Source: Eubacteriales bacterium (lineage in GTDB: Bacteria; Bacillota; Clostridia; Oscillospirales; JAAYXM01). Taken from it: 49,762 nucleotides of DNA. Shown here one piece after another: positions 9,251 through 17,893 of this stretch; the stretch's first letter is position 1, and the number at the start of each line of letters is the position of its first letter. The notes beneath the pieces are model-generated. The model searched no databases. It was not told where the DNA came from and saw only the letters and a list, made by a program, of their open reading frames with translations. Made by a program: the position numbers and the translations under genes. The stretch is taken from the NCBI GenBank assembly GCA_045649265.1, contig JAZRPO010000075.1, positions 1-49,762 of the forward strand, given 5' to 3'.

Positions 9251-9781
9251 TCATTCAGTTGGTACCTTTTGATTTGTGTTTTCCTTTTTAAAATCAAGAC
9301 GAATCATTGCAATAATTATTGAAATCATATTTATAATCTCAGTTATTACTCCACCATATGCACGATTTGCGAGATTATATACAAGCCAGAGCGGTGAGCT
9401 TGGAAAGGCAACGCGCCTTACAAGCTTCGGATCTTTAATCCAAAAAGCAACGGTCGTAAGAATCATTCCGAGCACAGGAAGAAGCGAAAGCATCCCGCTC
9501 CACGTAAATATCCCTGACACTACAGATGCAAAGCAGAAAAGCCAGAACCATAATATGTTATCCGCCCACTTCTTTCCTCTATTTACAAAAACAAGCCCTC
9601 TCAGAGCTGCAATGCCGTTAAGAATTGCACCTGTGTATGCATCAAGCAATGCAAAATGAAGCACGAACAGAATGTCTGAAGTAAATTGAAAAATCAAAAT
9701 GTTTTTGTGAGTTTTTTGTTGAAAAGCTATTACTGCGGATACGAGAGCGAACACGCCGATTATCTGTGCTATTGTTTCCAT
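9251..9781 (-). CDS. YgjV-like inner membrane protein
   Basis: 176 aa, about 6 hydrophobic segments, AQIIG...HFALLDAYTGA...LWLVYN pattern. Confidence 0.7.
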   Translation of the reverse strand: METIAQIIGVFALVSAVIAFQQKTHKNILIFQFTSDILFVLHFALLDAYTGAILNGIAALRGLVFVNRGKKWADNILWFWLFCFASVVSGIFTWSGMLSLLPVLGMILTTVAFWIKDPKLVRRVAFPSSPLWLVYNLANRAYGGVITEIINMISIIIAMIRLDFKKENTNQKVPTE

Positions 9782-9791
9782 GGTAATCCCC

Positions 9792-10232
9792 TTAATTTTT
9801 ATCTCTATTTTTTATAAATTTAAAAATCTTGCGTTTTACACGGCGAAACAGGCTAAGAAAAGGAAACGCCGCAACAATAAAAAACGAATATATGCGATAG
9901 ATTGTGTTTGTAACTTCAAAATACTTATCCTTGCGATAAAAAGCAAAAAGAACTCCTATAACGTCTTCATCACGGATTCCGGTTTCCTTTGCTTCGCAGT
10001 TGTCGCCTCGAATTATGTAGGAGTCGGGAAGAACTTTTATAACACGGTGAAGAACGTATTTCTCGCCGCGACGATAGAGGGCAACATCATATTTTTTAAG
10101 TCTTGCCTTTTTCGGAAGAATTACAACGGTATCTCTCCTGTCGGCAAAAAGCGGCATCATGCTTATCCCTGAGGTTGTGCATACGAACTTTCCCTCTGAC
10201 AAAAGGACCTGCTCTATATTTTGAGCATTCAT
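9792..10232 (-). CDS. S24/S26 family (signal peptidase-like) Ser-His peptidase
   Basis: GISMMP (Ser), VLHRVI (His), RGDN. Hydrophobic then basic C-terminus. ATGA overlap with the upstream PqqD gene. Confidence 0.85.
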   Translation of the reverse strand: MNAQNIEQVLLSEGKFVCTTSGISMMPLFADRRDTVVILPKKARLKKYDVALYRRGEKYVLHRVIKVLPDSYIIRGDNCEAKETGIRDEDVIGVLFAFYRKDKYFEVTNTIYRIYSFFIVAAFPFLSLFRRVKRKIFKFIKNRDKN

Positions 10233-10495
10233 TGTTCAAAAAGCCCTATGCTAAGCATTTTTTCTATCATAGCACGAGTATCCGACTCTGCCTTCTCTTT
10301 GGAAATATCATATTTTTGCGAAAGCAGCTTTGAAATCTCCTCTTCGCTTTTTCCTGCCGAAATCCACTCCCAAATGTCTGCCGCAGAATCGTTGAGCTTA
10401 ATCATGCCATGAAAATCTTTGCTAACCTCGCCACTCGGGACAACAATTACATCCCCGAGCACTCTTCGCAAGACAAAGCCCTCTTTTATCTTCAT
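10229..10495 (-). CDS. PqqD family protein (stand-alone RiPP recognition element)
   Basis: 88 aa, MKIKEGFVLR...IKLNDSAADIWEWI...KYDIS...D....IEKM...GL, the typical PqqD/RRE pattern. AGGAGA RBS. Confidence 0.88.
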   Translation of the reverse strand: MKIKEGFVLRRVLGDVIVVPSGEVSKDFHGMIKLNDSAADIWEWISAGKSEEEISKLLSQKYDISKEKAESDTRAMIEKMLSIGLFEQ

Positions 10496-10532
10496 CGGTT
10501 CTTCTCTCCTAACGCAAGTATGTTCTGACGAT

Positions 10533-10564
10533 ATTATACACCTATCGCAACCACTATTGCAACC
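10533..10564 (-). promoter_or_regulatory. SigA-type promoter for the pqqD-peptidase-ygjV operon, with a tandem 11-bp repeat over the -35 and spacer
   Basis: TTGCAA-18-TATAAT; GGTTGCAATAG-T-GGTTGCGATAG. Confidence 0.6.
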
Positions 10565-11074
10565 TTATTCTTTTTTTTCGCTTTCCGAGCTTTCCAAGAG
10601 CCCGTGCATAAAGCCGCCGAGCTTTGGTGATGAAACATCTGCACCTATGAGTTTATCTTTATAGATAATCAGATTTGCAACAATCCCTTCTTCCCCGCTC
10701 GGATGGTTGTTAACCTTGTATGTATAACGCATTGCTTTTTTGCCGGCATATTTTGACAAATCCATTTCTTGTCTTTTTTGTATATCGTTATATTCTGTAT
10801 ATACACCGTCAAATTCCTCGGGAATTCTGACTTCAATGAACTCCAACGGTTCCTCCGATACTTCCCAACCGCACTCTTTTAAGAGCGCGATTCTATCCTC
10901 ATTGCTTTTTGCGTTTCTGCCATCGGCAATTCGGGGAACTTCATCGGAAACAGAAACTGCACCATCCTCGCGCGAGCTTCCAACTACTGCAATCACAGAG
11001 CATATAATTATGCAGATCGCAAGAATTCCCGAAACAAACCTTTTCCTTGTTAACCTCGCTGTAAATACGACCAT
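10565..11074 (-). CDS. DUF4830-like membrane-anchored protein
   Basis: N-terminal TM segment; GWEV...IPEEFDGVYTEYNDIQKRQ..DLSKYAGK...YTY...IGADVSS..LGGFMHGL. ATG 11074 follows GAAAGGA. Confidence 0.75.
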   Translation of the reverse strand: MVVFTARLTRKRFVSGILAICIIICSVIAVVGSSREDGAVSVSDEVPRIADGRNAKSNEDRIALLKECGWEVSEEPLEFIEVRIPEEFDGVYTEYNDIQKRQEMDLSKYAGKKAMRYTYKVNNHPSGEEGIVANLIIYKDKLIGADVSSPKLGGFMHGLLESSESEKKE

Positions 11075-11105
11075 ACCAATCTTTCCTTTCAATTCTTTGT
11101 ATTAA

Positions 11106-11134
11106 TATTTATTTCACAGAAAAGTCAAATATGA
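11106..11134 (-). promoter_or_regulatory. Possible SigE-type (mother-cell) promoter of the DUF4830 gene
   Basis: TCATATT-14-AATAAATA. Confidence 0.4.
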
Positions 11135-11159
11135 CACCGTAAAAAATGCCGTTATTTCA

Positions 11160-11188
11160 TTGACCTTTCCGCCTTTTTATGGTATGAT
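11160..11188 (+). promoter_or_regulatory. SigA promoter of the methyltransferase-ecf operon
   Basis: TTGACC-17-TATGAT with extended -10 TG. Confidence 0.7.
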
Positions 11189-11222
11189 ATAATATCAATG
11201 TAAACGTAAGGAACAAAAAGAT

Positions 11223-12086
11223 ATGTGGATTGCAAAAAACTTTGACGATTACAGCGTAATAGATTGCGGCGGTGGCGAAAAACTTGAACGCTGGGGAGAG
11301 TATTTTCTTGTCCGTCCCGAACCTCAGGCTATCTGGGCTTCTCCTCGCCGTCATCCCCGTTGGCATAATTATGATGCTTTATATTCCCGCTCCTCTTCCG
11401 GTGGCGGAAGCTGGAACAACAGAAACCTCCCTGCTTCGTGGCAAATTTCGTATAAGGATCTTACCTTCAACTTAAAGCCAATGAACTTTAAGCATACGGG
11501 TATCTTTCCCGAGCAGGCTTCAAACTGGGATTTTATAAGAGAGAAAATTTCATCTGCCAACCGACCGATAAATGTTCTTAATCTCTTTGCTTATACGGGA
11601 GCTGCGACTATTGCCGCAGCCTCTGCCGGTGCTTCCGTGTGCCATGTTGATGCAGCACGCGGTATGGTCTCCTGGGCAAGAGAGAATGCTGCATCCTCCG
11701 GTCTTTCCGATGCACCAATCCGTTGGATAGTTGATGACTGTGCAAAGTTTGTCGAGCGTGAAATCCGCCGTGGCAGAAAATATGATGCAATTATTATGGA
11801 CCCGCCATCATACGGCCGCGGTCCTACCGGCGAAATCTGGAAGCTTGAAAATAATCTTTTCGACTTTGTTAAGCTTTGCTCAGGAGTGCTTTCGGATAAT
11901 CCGCTTTTTGTTCTTATAAGCTCATATACAACCGGCCTTGCACCGTCAGTTCTCAAATATATTTCAGATGTGATTTTTACAAGCACCTATGGCGGAAGAA
12001 GCGAGTGCGACGAGCTTGGGCTCCCCGTAGAGGAAACAGGTCTTTTTCTCCCCGCAGGAAGTGCTATGCGCTGGTCTGCAGATTAA
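11223..12086 (+). CDS. Class I SAM-dependent methyltransferase (RlmI/m5C1962-like, without PUA domain)
   Basis: KHTGIFPEQ, VLNLFAYTG, HVDA, IIMDPPSYG. Confidence 0.8.
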   Translation: MWIAKNFDDYSVIDCGGGEKLERWGEYFLVRPEPQAIWASPRRHPRWHNYDALYSRSSSGGGSWNNRNLPASWQISYKDLTFNLKPMNFKHTGIFPEQASNWDFIREKISSANRPINVLNLFAYTGAATIAAASAGASVCHVDAARGMVSWARENAASSGLSDAPIRWIVDDCAKFVEREIRRGRKYDAIIMDPPSYGRGPTGEIWKLENNLFDFVKLCSGVLSDNPLFVLISSYTTGLAPSVLKYISDVIFTSTYGGRSECDELGLPVEETGLFLPAGSAMRWSAD

Positions 12087-12110
12087 TACACATTTCGGGA
12101 GTTTTCGACA

Positions 12111-12953
12111 ATGAATGAAATCATAAAATCACATAACCTCACATTCAAATACAACCTTGATACAGATTCGCCGAACACCGCTTTGTCAGAAATTTCAATA
12201 TCCGTAAAAGAGGGGGAATATCTTGCAATACTTGGGCGAAACGGCTCAGGAAAATCCTCTCTTGCAAAGCATTTCAACGCAGTTCTTCTTCCCTGTGGCG
12301 GAAAGATTTATGTTGACGGTATGGATACCCTTGACGAAGCTCTGCTTTTTGAAATCCGCCGCACCTGTGGAATGGTTTTTCAAAATCCGGACAACCAGAT
12401 TGTCGCAACGATTACAGAAGAAGACGTTGCTTTTGGGCCTGAAAACCTCGGGTTTTCCCGTGATGAAATCCGTCGCCGTGTCGACGATGCGCTCAAGACT
12501 GTTGGGATGTATGAATACCGTGAGCACGCGCCTCACCTTCTTTCCGGTGGGCAAAAGCAGAGAATTGCAATCGCCGGAATCCTTGCCATGCGCCCCCGCT
12601 GCGTAGTTCTGGATGAGCCCACTGCAATGCTTGACCCGATTGGGCGGCGGGATGTTTTGTCGATAATAGATGACCTTAACAAAAAGCACGGCATTACCGT
12701 AATTTTGATAACTCACCACATGAACGAAGCCGCCCTTTCCGACAGAATTATTGTTATGGATAACGGAAAGATTGTTATGGATGGCTCTCCACGCGAAATT
12801 TTCCCGAACATCGAAACACTAAAAGCTCTTAGCCTCAATGTTCCTCAGACGGTTGAACTTATTGCAGAGCTTAACAAAAACGGTTTTTCCATACCTCTTG
12901 ACAATATTACGGTTGATGAATGCGTTGACGCAATTCTTAAAAGTCTCACTTAG
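12111..12953 (+). CDS. ecfA1: ECF transporter ATPase A1
   Basis: [30 protein letters not shown]. Confidence 0.93.
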   Translation: MNEIIKSHNLTFKYNLDTDSPNTALSEISISVKEGEYLAILGRNGSGKSSLAKHFNAVLLPCGGKIYVDGMDTLDEALLFEIRRTCGMVFQNPDNQIVATITEEDVAFGPENLGFSRDEIRRRVDDALKTVGMYEYREHAPHLLSGGQKQRIAIAGILAMRPRCVVLDEPTAMLDPIGRRDVLSIIDDLNKKHGITVILITHHMNEAALSDRIIVMDNGKIVMDGSPREIFPNIETLKALSLNVPQTVELIAELNKNGFSIPLDNITVDECVDAILKSLT

Positions 12954-12974
12954 CTTTCAGAGGAGGATCTCACA

Positions 12975-13838
12975 GTGAACCCTATTATGAGCATACGCTC
13001 GCTTTCTCATATATACAGTCCGAAAACCCCTTTTGAGTGTGCGGCAATAGATGATATAAACCTTGATATATATGCCGGAAAAACGCTCGGCATTATTGGT
13101 CATACAGGCTCCGGAAAATCAACCCTTATCTCTCATCTCAACGGACTTACAAAGCCTTCCTCAGGCTCCGTTTTCTACGACGGTGAAAATATTTTTAAAT
13201 CCCGCGAATTCACACACAACATTCGCTTTAAGGTGGGGCTTGTTCTCCAATATCCCGAATACCAGCTTTTTGAAGAAACGGTTTATAAAGACATTTCCTT
13301 TGGCCCGAAAAACATGGGGCTTTCTGATGCCGAAATTGATCAAAGAGTTCACGAAGCGGCTCGTTTTGCAGGAATCTCAGAGAAGCTTCTTCCACTTTCA
13401 CCGTTTGAGCTTTCAGGCGGCCAAAAGCGCCGTGTTGCAATAGCTGGCGTTATTGCCATGCGCCCAAGGGTTCTTATTCTTGACGAGCCCACAGCAGGAC
13501 TTGATCCGCTCGGCAGAGAAGAAATCCTCCGTTCCATACGCTTGTATCGCGACGAGATAGATGCGGCAGTTGTTATTGTTTCGCACAGCATGGAGGACAT
13601 TGCCACCTTCGCAGATGACCTGATAGTTATGAACAAGGGGAAAATTATGCTTTCCGGAACTCCCGATGAGGTTTTCTCTCATTCTGATGAGCTTCTTGCG
13701 GCAGGGCTTGACCTTCCTCAGGTTACGCATATTGCAAATGCACTTAAACGCCGAGGTCTTTCCCTCCCGGGATCTATATACACGGTAAGCCAGGCGGCTT
13801 CTGCAATTCTCGCGTTGGGAGGTGTCAAAAATGATTAA
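12975..13838 (+). CDS. ecfA2: ECF transporter ATPase A2
   Basis: GHTGSGKS, QYPEYQLFEETV, SPFELSGGQKRR. GTG start after GAGGAGG. Confidence 0.93.
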   Translation: MNPIMSIRSLSHIYSPKTPFECAAIDDINLDIYAGKTLGIIGHTGSGKSTLISHLNGLTKPSSGSVFYDGENIFKSREFTHNIRFKVGLVLQYPEYQLFEETVYKDISFGPKNMGLSDAEIDQRVHEAARFAGISEKLLPLSPFELSGGQKRRVAIAGVIAMRPRVLILDEPTAGLDPLGREEILRSIRLYRDEIDAAVVIVSHSMEDIATFADDLIVMNKGKIMLSGTPDEVFSHSDELLAAGLDLPQVTHIANALKRRGLSLPGSIYTVSQAASAILALGGVKND

Positions 13839-14658
13839 GGATATTACCCTCGGACAATATTTCCCTGGAAATACTCTTGTCCATAGACTTGATCCTCGAA
13901 CTAAACTTATCCTATCAATCCTTTTCATTGTTTGCCTCTTTTCTTGCAAAGGCACTATTCCCTACCTGATTCTCACCACTTTTCTCGCAACAGTTATTTG
14001 TATAACAAAAATAAATTTCAAGCTCATTTTTAAAAGTCTCAAACCTATTCTTATTCTGATTTTGTTCACAGCAATTCTGAATATTTTTTACACCAACGAA
14101 GGACGAGTTCTTTTGAGCTATAAGTTTATAACGATTACCTCCGGCGGTGTCTATACTGCATTTTTTATGGCTTTTCGCATCGTTCTTCTTGTTGCCGGAA
14201 CATTTGTCATGCTATCCTACACCACATCACCCATTATGCTCACAGACGGGCTCGAAGAGCTTTTAAAGCCTCTTAAAAAAATCAAGTTTCCTGTCCACGA
14301 GCTTTCTATGATGATGTCAATTGCGCTTCGTTTTATTCCCACGCTTATAGAAGAAACTGACAAGATAATGTCTGCGCAGAAATCCCGCGGGGCAAATTTT
14401 GAAACAGGCGGGCTTATAAGCCGTGCAAAAGCTCTTGTTCCTATCCTTATCCCCCTGTTTATCAATGCCTTTCGCCGTGCTGAGGACCTTGCTCTTGCAA
14501 TGGAGTGTCGTTGCTATAATGGCGGAGAGGGACGCACAACGCTTCGTAAGCTAAAATTCTCCTCTCTTGATTATGCTGCCATTTCCATTTCAGTCCTCAT
14601 TTTCGCATTATCGATGGTTTTATCTCATACACTCAAAGCAGGTGTCTTGATATGGTAA
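13831..14658 (+). CDS. ecfT: ECF transporter transmembrane T component
   Basis: LDPRTKL, ALRFIPTL, AQKSRG and AMECRCY motifs. ATG 13831 follows GGAGG. Confidence 0.93.
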   Translation: MIKDITLGQYFPGNTLVHRLDPRTKLILSILFIVCLFSCKGTIPYLILTTFLATVICITKINFKLIFKSLKPILILILFTAILNIFYTNEGRVLLSYKFITITSGGVYTAFFMAFRIVLLVAGTFVMLSYTTSPIMLTDGLEELLKPLKKIKFPVHELSMMMSIALRFIPTLIEETDKIMSAQKSRGANFETGGLISRAKALVPILIPLFINAFRRAEDLALAMECRCYNGGEGRTTLRKLKFSSLDYAAISISVLIFALSMVLSHTLKAGVLIW

Positions 14659-15413
14659 AAAACATTGCGCTTCTTCTCTCCTATAACGGCCAAAGCTTTC
14701 ATGGATGGCAGAGCCAAAAAAACTCAAACAGCATTCAGGATACATTAAATTCTGCTGCCTCTTCGCTTTTTAATGAGGACGTAAAGCTCGTTGGCTGCGG
14801 CCGCACAGATGCCGGAGTGCATGCGAAAAACTACTTTGCCTCTTTCCGCACCGAATCTGAAATTCCGCTTGATAAACTCCCTTTTGGTTTTAACGCATAT
14901 CTTCCGCCCGACATTTCTGTGAAACGTGCTTTTGAGGTCACCCCTGATTTTCATCCTGTCCGGTCATGTATCGAAAAGGAATATACGTATTACATATACA
15001 CATCACAGGTACGTGACCCGTTTCTTGAAGGGCGTGCACTTCATAATCGGATGCCTTTGAACATTGACCTTATGAAAATTGCTGCAGGTCAATTTACAGG
15101 CACTCACGACTTTTCTGCGGTCAGGAGCCTGGGCACCCCGATAAAATCTACCGTTCGCACAATTTTCGCCTGCGACATTGAAGAAAATAAGAATCTTTGT
15201 TCAATACGGATTTCTGCAAACGGATTTTTGTATAATATGGCGCGAGCGATTGTAGGAACGCTTCTTGACGTTTCAAATAAAAAAATTCCGGCAGATTCAA
15301 TCTCCGATATTCTGGAATCAAAAGACCGCTCTCGAGCCGGCGCTACCGCCCCCGCTCACGGGCTTTATATGACACGAATTGTTTATCCTGACAAGTTCGG
15401 CTTATCTCTTTAA
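14652..15413 (+). CDS. truA: tRNA pseudouridine(38-40) synthase
   Basis: FHGWQ, GRTDAGVHA, GFLYNMAR, TAPAHGL. Confidence 0.95.
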   Translation: MVKNIALLLSYNGQSFHGWQSQKNSNSIQDTLNSAASSLFNEDVKLVGCGRTDAGVHAKNYFASFRTESEIPLDKLPFGFNAYLPPDISVKRAFEVTPDFHPVRSCIEKEYTYYIYTSQVRDPFLEGRALHNRMPLNIDLMKIAAGQFTGTHDFSAVRSLGTPIKSTVRTIFACDIEENKNLCSIRISANGFLYNMARAIVGTLLDVSNKKIPADSISDILESKDRSRAGATAPAHGLYMTRIVYPDKFGLSL

Positions 15414-15446
15414 CTGAAATATACATTACAAAAGGAGGAAACGCAT

Positions 15447-16589
15447 ATGCCACGAAATAAAAAAAGCAAAAAAGGCCTTTCGGGCCGTTTTGCGATTTTT
15501 ACTACGATACTCCTATTTGTTTGTACAATTTTATTTTTAAATAATCACTTTACATCCGGCTCAATAAAGCGTTTTGCGTATTGGATTTTCAGTGGCGTCA
15601 GAGGTGACGCAACAGAGGTTTCTTTATCTTTTGATGCAAATGAATACAATCGATACACTCTCGTTTCCGGAAACCTGTGCATCATTTCTCCTGAAGAATT
15701 GTCATCTTACAAGCTCTCAGGAAAAAGCTCGCTTTCAGCTCCCGTTCTTCTCCGCAACCCTGCAGTTTCTGCCTCGCCCTCCCGTTTTCTCGCGTATGAC
15801 CTCGGCGGGCTGAATTTCTACGTTGCAAATAACAGAAATCTTTTATTCTCCTCTTCAGAGACGTCAAAGATAGTTAATGCAAACATGAACAAGTCAGGCT
15901 ATTTTTCCATTGTAACGGACGGCGAGGACTGTAAATCTCTTGTCACCTTATACAACCCTTCATTTAAGCCGATTTACAAATTCCATTCTGCTGACAAATA
16001 TATTTTTGATGCAGCCGTTTCTCATAACGGAAAAACCGCAGCAATTCTTATGTATGGTGCTCAAAGCGGCCAATTTCAGAGCGAGGTTTCTTTTTGCAAG
16101 ACAGACTCCGAAGGTTTTTATGCCACCTTGAATCTTGGCGAGAGTATTCCCCTGAAAGCCGCTTATCACTCTGATAAGCGAATTCTTATTGTGTGCAACG
16201 ACAGAACGCTTCTTATTGACGACACTGCAACTGTAATTTCCGAGTTCTCACATGAAGCACTTCCCATCAAGGCTTTTTCAGAATCCTGCGGGAAGCACAC
16301 CGCAATTCTCCTTGATAACTACGGCAACGGCGGAAATACACGGGTTGTATTTTTGAAAGATAACGGTGAAATCAGCGAACCTCTTGATTTTGACAAGGAT
16401 ATTTATTCAATTTCCAGTGCTGGCAATTTTACGGCTCTGCAATTTTCAGATAAGTGCGTTGTTTATAAAAATGATTTGACCGTTCATTGTGAATTCAGCA
16501 TTTCTGCCGATGTTTCGCAGTGCATCGTAAACTCTGACGGTTCAGTATTATCCATATCAAATAATTCTGCTGCCTTATATGTCGAATAA
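15447..16589 (+). CDS. DUF5711-like membrane-anchored beta-propeller protein
   Basis: Basic N-terminus plus TM segment, then beta-rich repeats. AAGGAGG RBS. Sits next to a CvpA-like gene. Confidence 0.6.
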   Translation: MPRNKKSKKGLSGRFAIFTTILLFVCTILFLNNHFTSGSIKRFAYWIFSGVRGDATEVSLSFDANEYNRYTLVSGNLCIISPEELSSYKLSGKSSLSAPVLLRNPAVSASPSRFLAYDLGGLNFYVANNRNLLFSSSETSKIVNANMNKSGYFSIVTDGEDCKSLVTLYNPSFKPIYKFHSADKYIFDAAVSHNGKTAAILMYGAQSGQFQSEVSFCKTDSEGFYATLNLGESIPLKAAYHSDKRILIVCNDRTLLIDDTATVISEFSHEALPIKAFSESCGKHTAILLDNYGNGGNTRVVFLKDNGEISEPLDFDKDIYSISSAGNFTALQFSDKCVVYKNDLTVHCEFSISADVSQCIVNSDGSVLSISNNSAALYVE

Positions 16590-16610
16590 ACTATCAGGAG
16601 GTTTTTACTT

Positions 16611-17276
16611 ATGAAGTTTTCACCTGTTTTGATCTTCGATATTATCGCGGTTGCTATTCTTGTTATATCATCTCTCGTTGGCAGACGGCGCGGACTCATT
16701 AAAACCGTTTCCGGAATCATCGCCCTCATCCTTGCTTTTTATATCGCAGGAGTGCTTGCAAAGACATCAACTCCGGTTGTTTCGGAAAAATATATTGCTC
16801 CGTATATAAATCAAGCTGTTGAAAAGGAAAACGGCGGTGCTCCGGCGGAAACACCTGAGGAAATAGCAACGCTTTTTTCTGCTATCGGAATTCCTGATGG
16901 GATAGTTTCGGATGCTATCACAGATATTTCGCATACGTTTTCACAGAGCATAATGGAGTCCATCAGTGAAATATCAAATACCGTAGCTTATAAAATTACG
17001 CATGCTGTATTGTTCGTAATCTTCTTTGTTCTTTCTCTGATTCTTTTAACACTTCTTATGAAGCTTGTAAACCTCGCATCCAGAATCCCCGGCATAAATT
17101 TTATTAACAAGACGTTCGGGCTTATTCTTGGGCTTATTCTTGGATATCTTATCATTGTTCTCCTGTCTCAGATTCTTATCAAGTCGGGTCTCTATCTGAC
17201 AGAGGATATACTTGCCGATACCACAGTTTTAAAGTTTATAACTTCTTTTTATCCATTTGCATTTTTTGCAAAGTAA
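16611..17276 (+). CDS. CvpA family membrane protein
   Basis: DIIAVAILVISSLVGRRRGLIK start; IPGINFINKTFGLILG. Confidence 0.75.
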   Translation: MKFSPVLIFDIIAVAILVISSLVGRRRGLIKTVSGIIALILAFYIAGVLAKTSTPVVSEKYIAPYINQAVEKENGGAPAETPEEIATLFSAIGIPDGIVSDAITDISHTFSQSIMESISEISNTVAYKITHAVLFVIFFVLSLILLTLLMKLVNLASRIPGINFINKTFGLILGLILGYLIIVLLSQILIKSGLYLTEDILADTTVLKFITSFYPFAFFAK

Positions 17277-17308
17277 TGCTTAATAATTATTATGTACAAT
17301 AAGGAAGT

Positions 17309-17866
17309 ATGAAGCTCATGAATATACCTAATCTTCTCTCAATAATCCGTATGTGTCTTGTGCCGGTCTTTATCGCAGTTTTCTTTTCTGGCCTTCCACA
17401 CGCCCACTCTATTGCTGCATGTATATATGCAGTTGCAGGAATAACTGATGTTTTCGACGGCATAATAGCGCGAAAGTTTAATCTTATTACAAAGCTCGGC
17501 AAAATTCTGGATCCTCTCGCTGATAAAATGATGACGATAACAGTTTTTGTCTGCATCACGGTTGTAGGGCTCATACCGTGGTGGACAATAGCTTTAATTT
17601 TTGCAAAGGATCTTCTCCTTGTCCTGGGTGGTGTGAAGCTTTACCAGGAGATGTCCGCAGTTTTTAAATCCAATGTTCTTGGAAAGCTTGCTACAGTCTT
17701 TCTCGTTATTGGCGGTTGTGCAATTCTCCTGTTTGAAAACATTATCCCTGAAGTCATTAAAACAATCTTTGCATTCATTGCAGTTTTCCTTTCTTTTCTC
17801 GCATTTTTCAGCTATCTTTATCAATACTGTAATTTCAAGAAAACTCACGACACAACATCGTTTTAA
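17309..17866 (+). CDS. pgsA: CDP-alcohol phosphatidyltransferase (PgsA-like)
   Basis: NIPNLLSIIR; TDVFDGIIARKFNLITKLGKILDPLADK signature. Confidence 0.8.
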   Translation: MKLMNIPNLLSIIRMCLVPVFIAVFFSGLPHAHSIAACIYAVAGITDVFDGIIARKFNLITKLGKILDPLADKMMTITVFVCITVVGLIPWWTIALIFAKDLLLVLGGVKLYQEMSAVFKSNVLGKLATVFLVIGGCAILLFENIIPEVIKTIFAFIAVFLSFLAFFSYLYQYCNFKKTHDTTSF

Positions 17867-17893
17867 TCTTTCAAAAAGGAATGGTACTTTACT

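Noticed and set aside
17118-17143. 12-bp tandem repeat GGGCTTATTCTT x2 in the CvpA-like gene
   Set aside because: It is in frame and encodes the GLILGLILG helix motif typical of the family. Two copies do not indicate a contingency locus.
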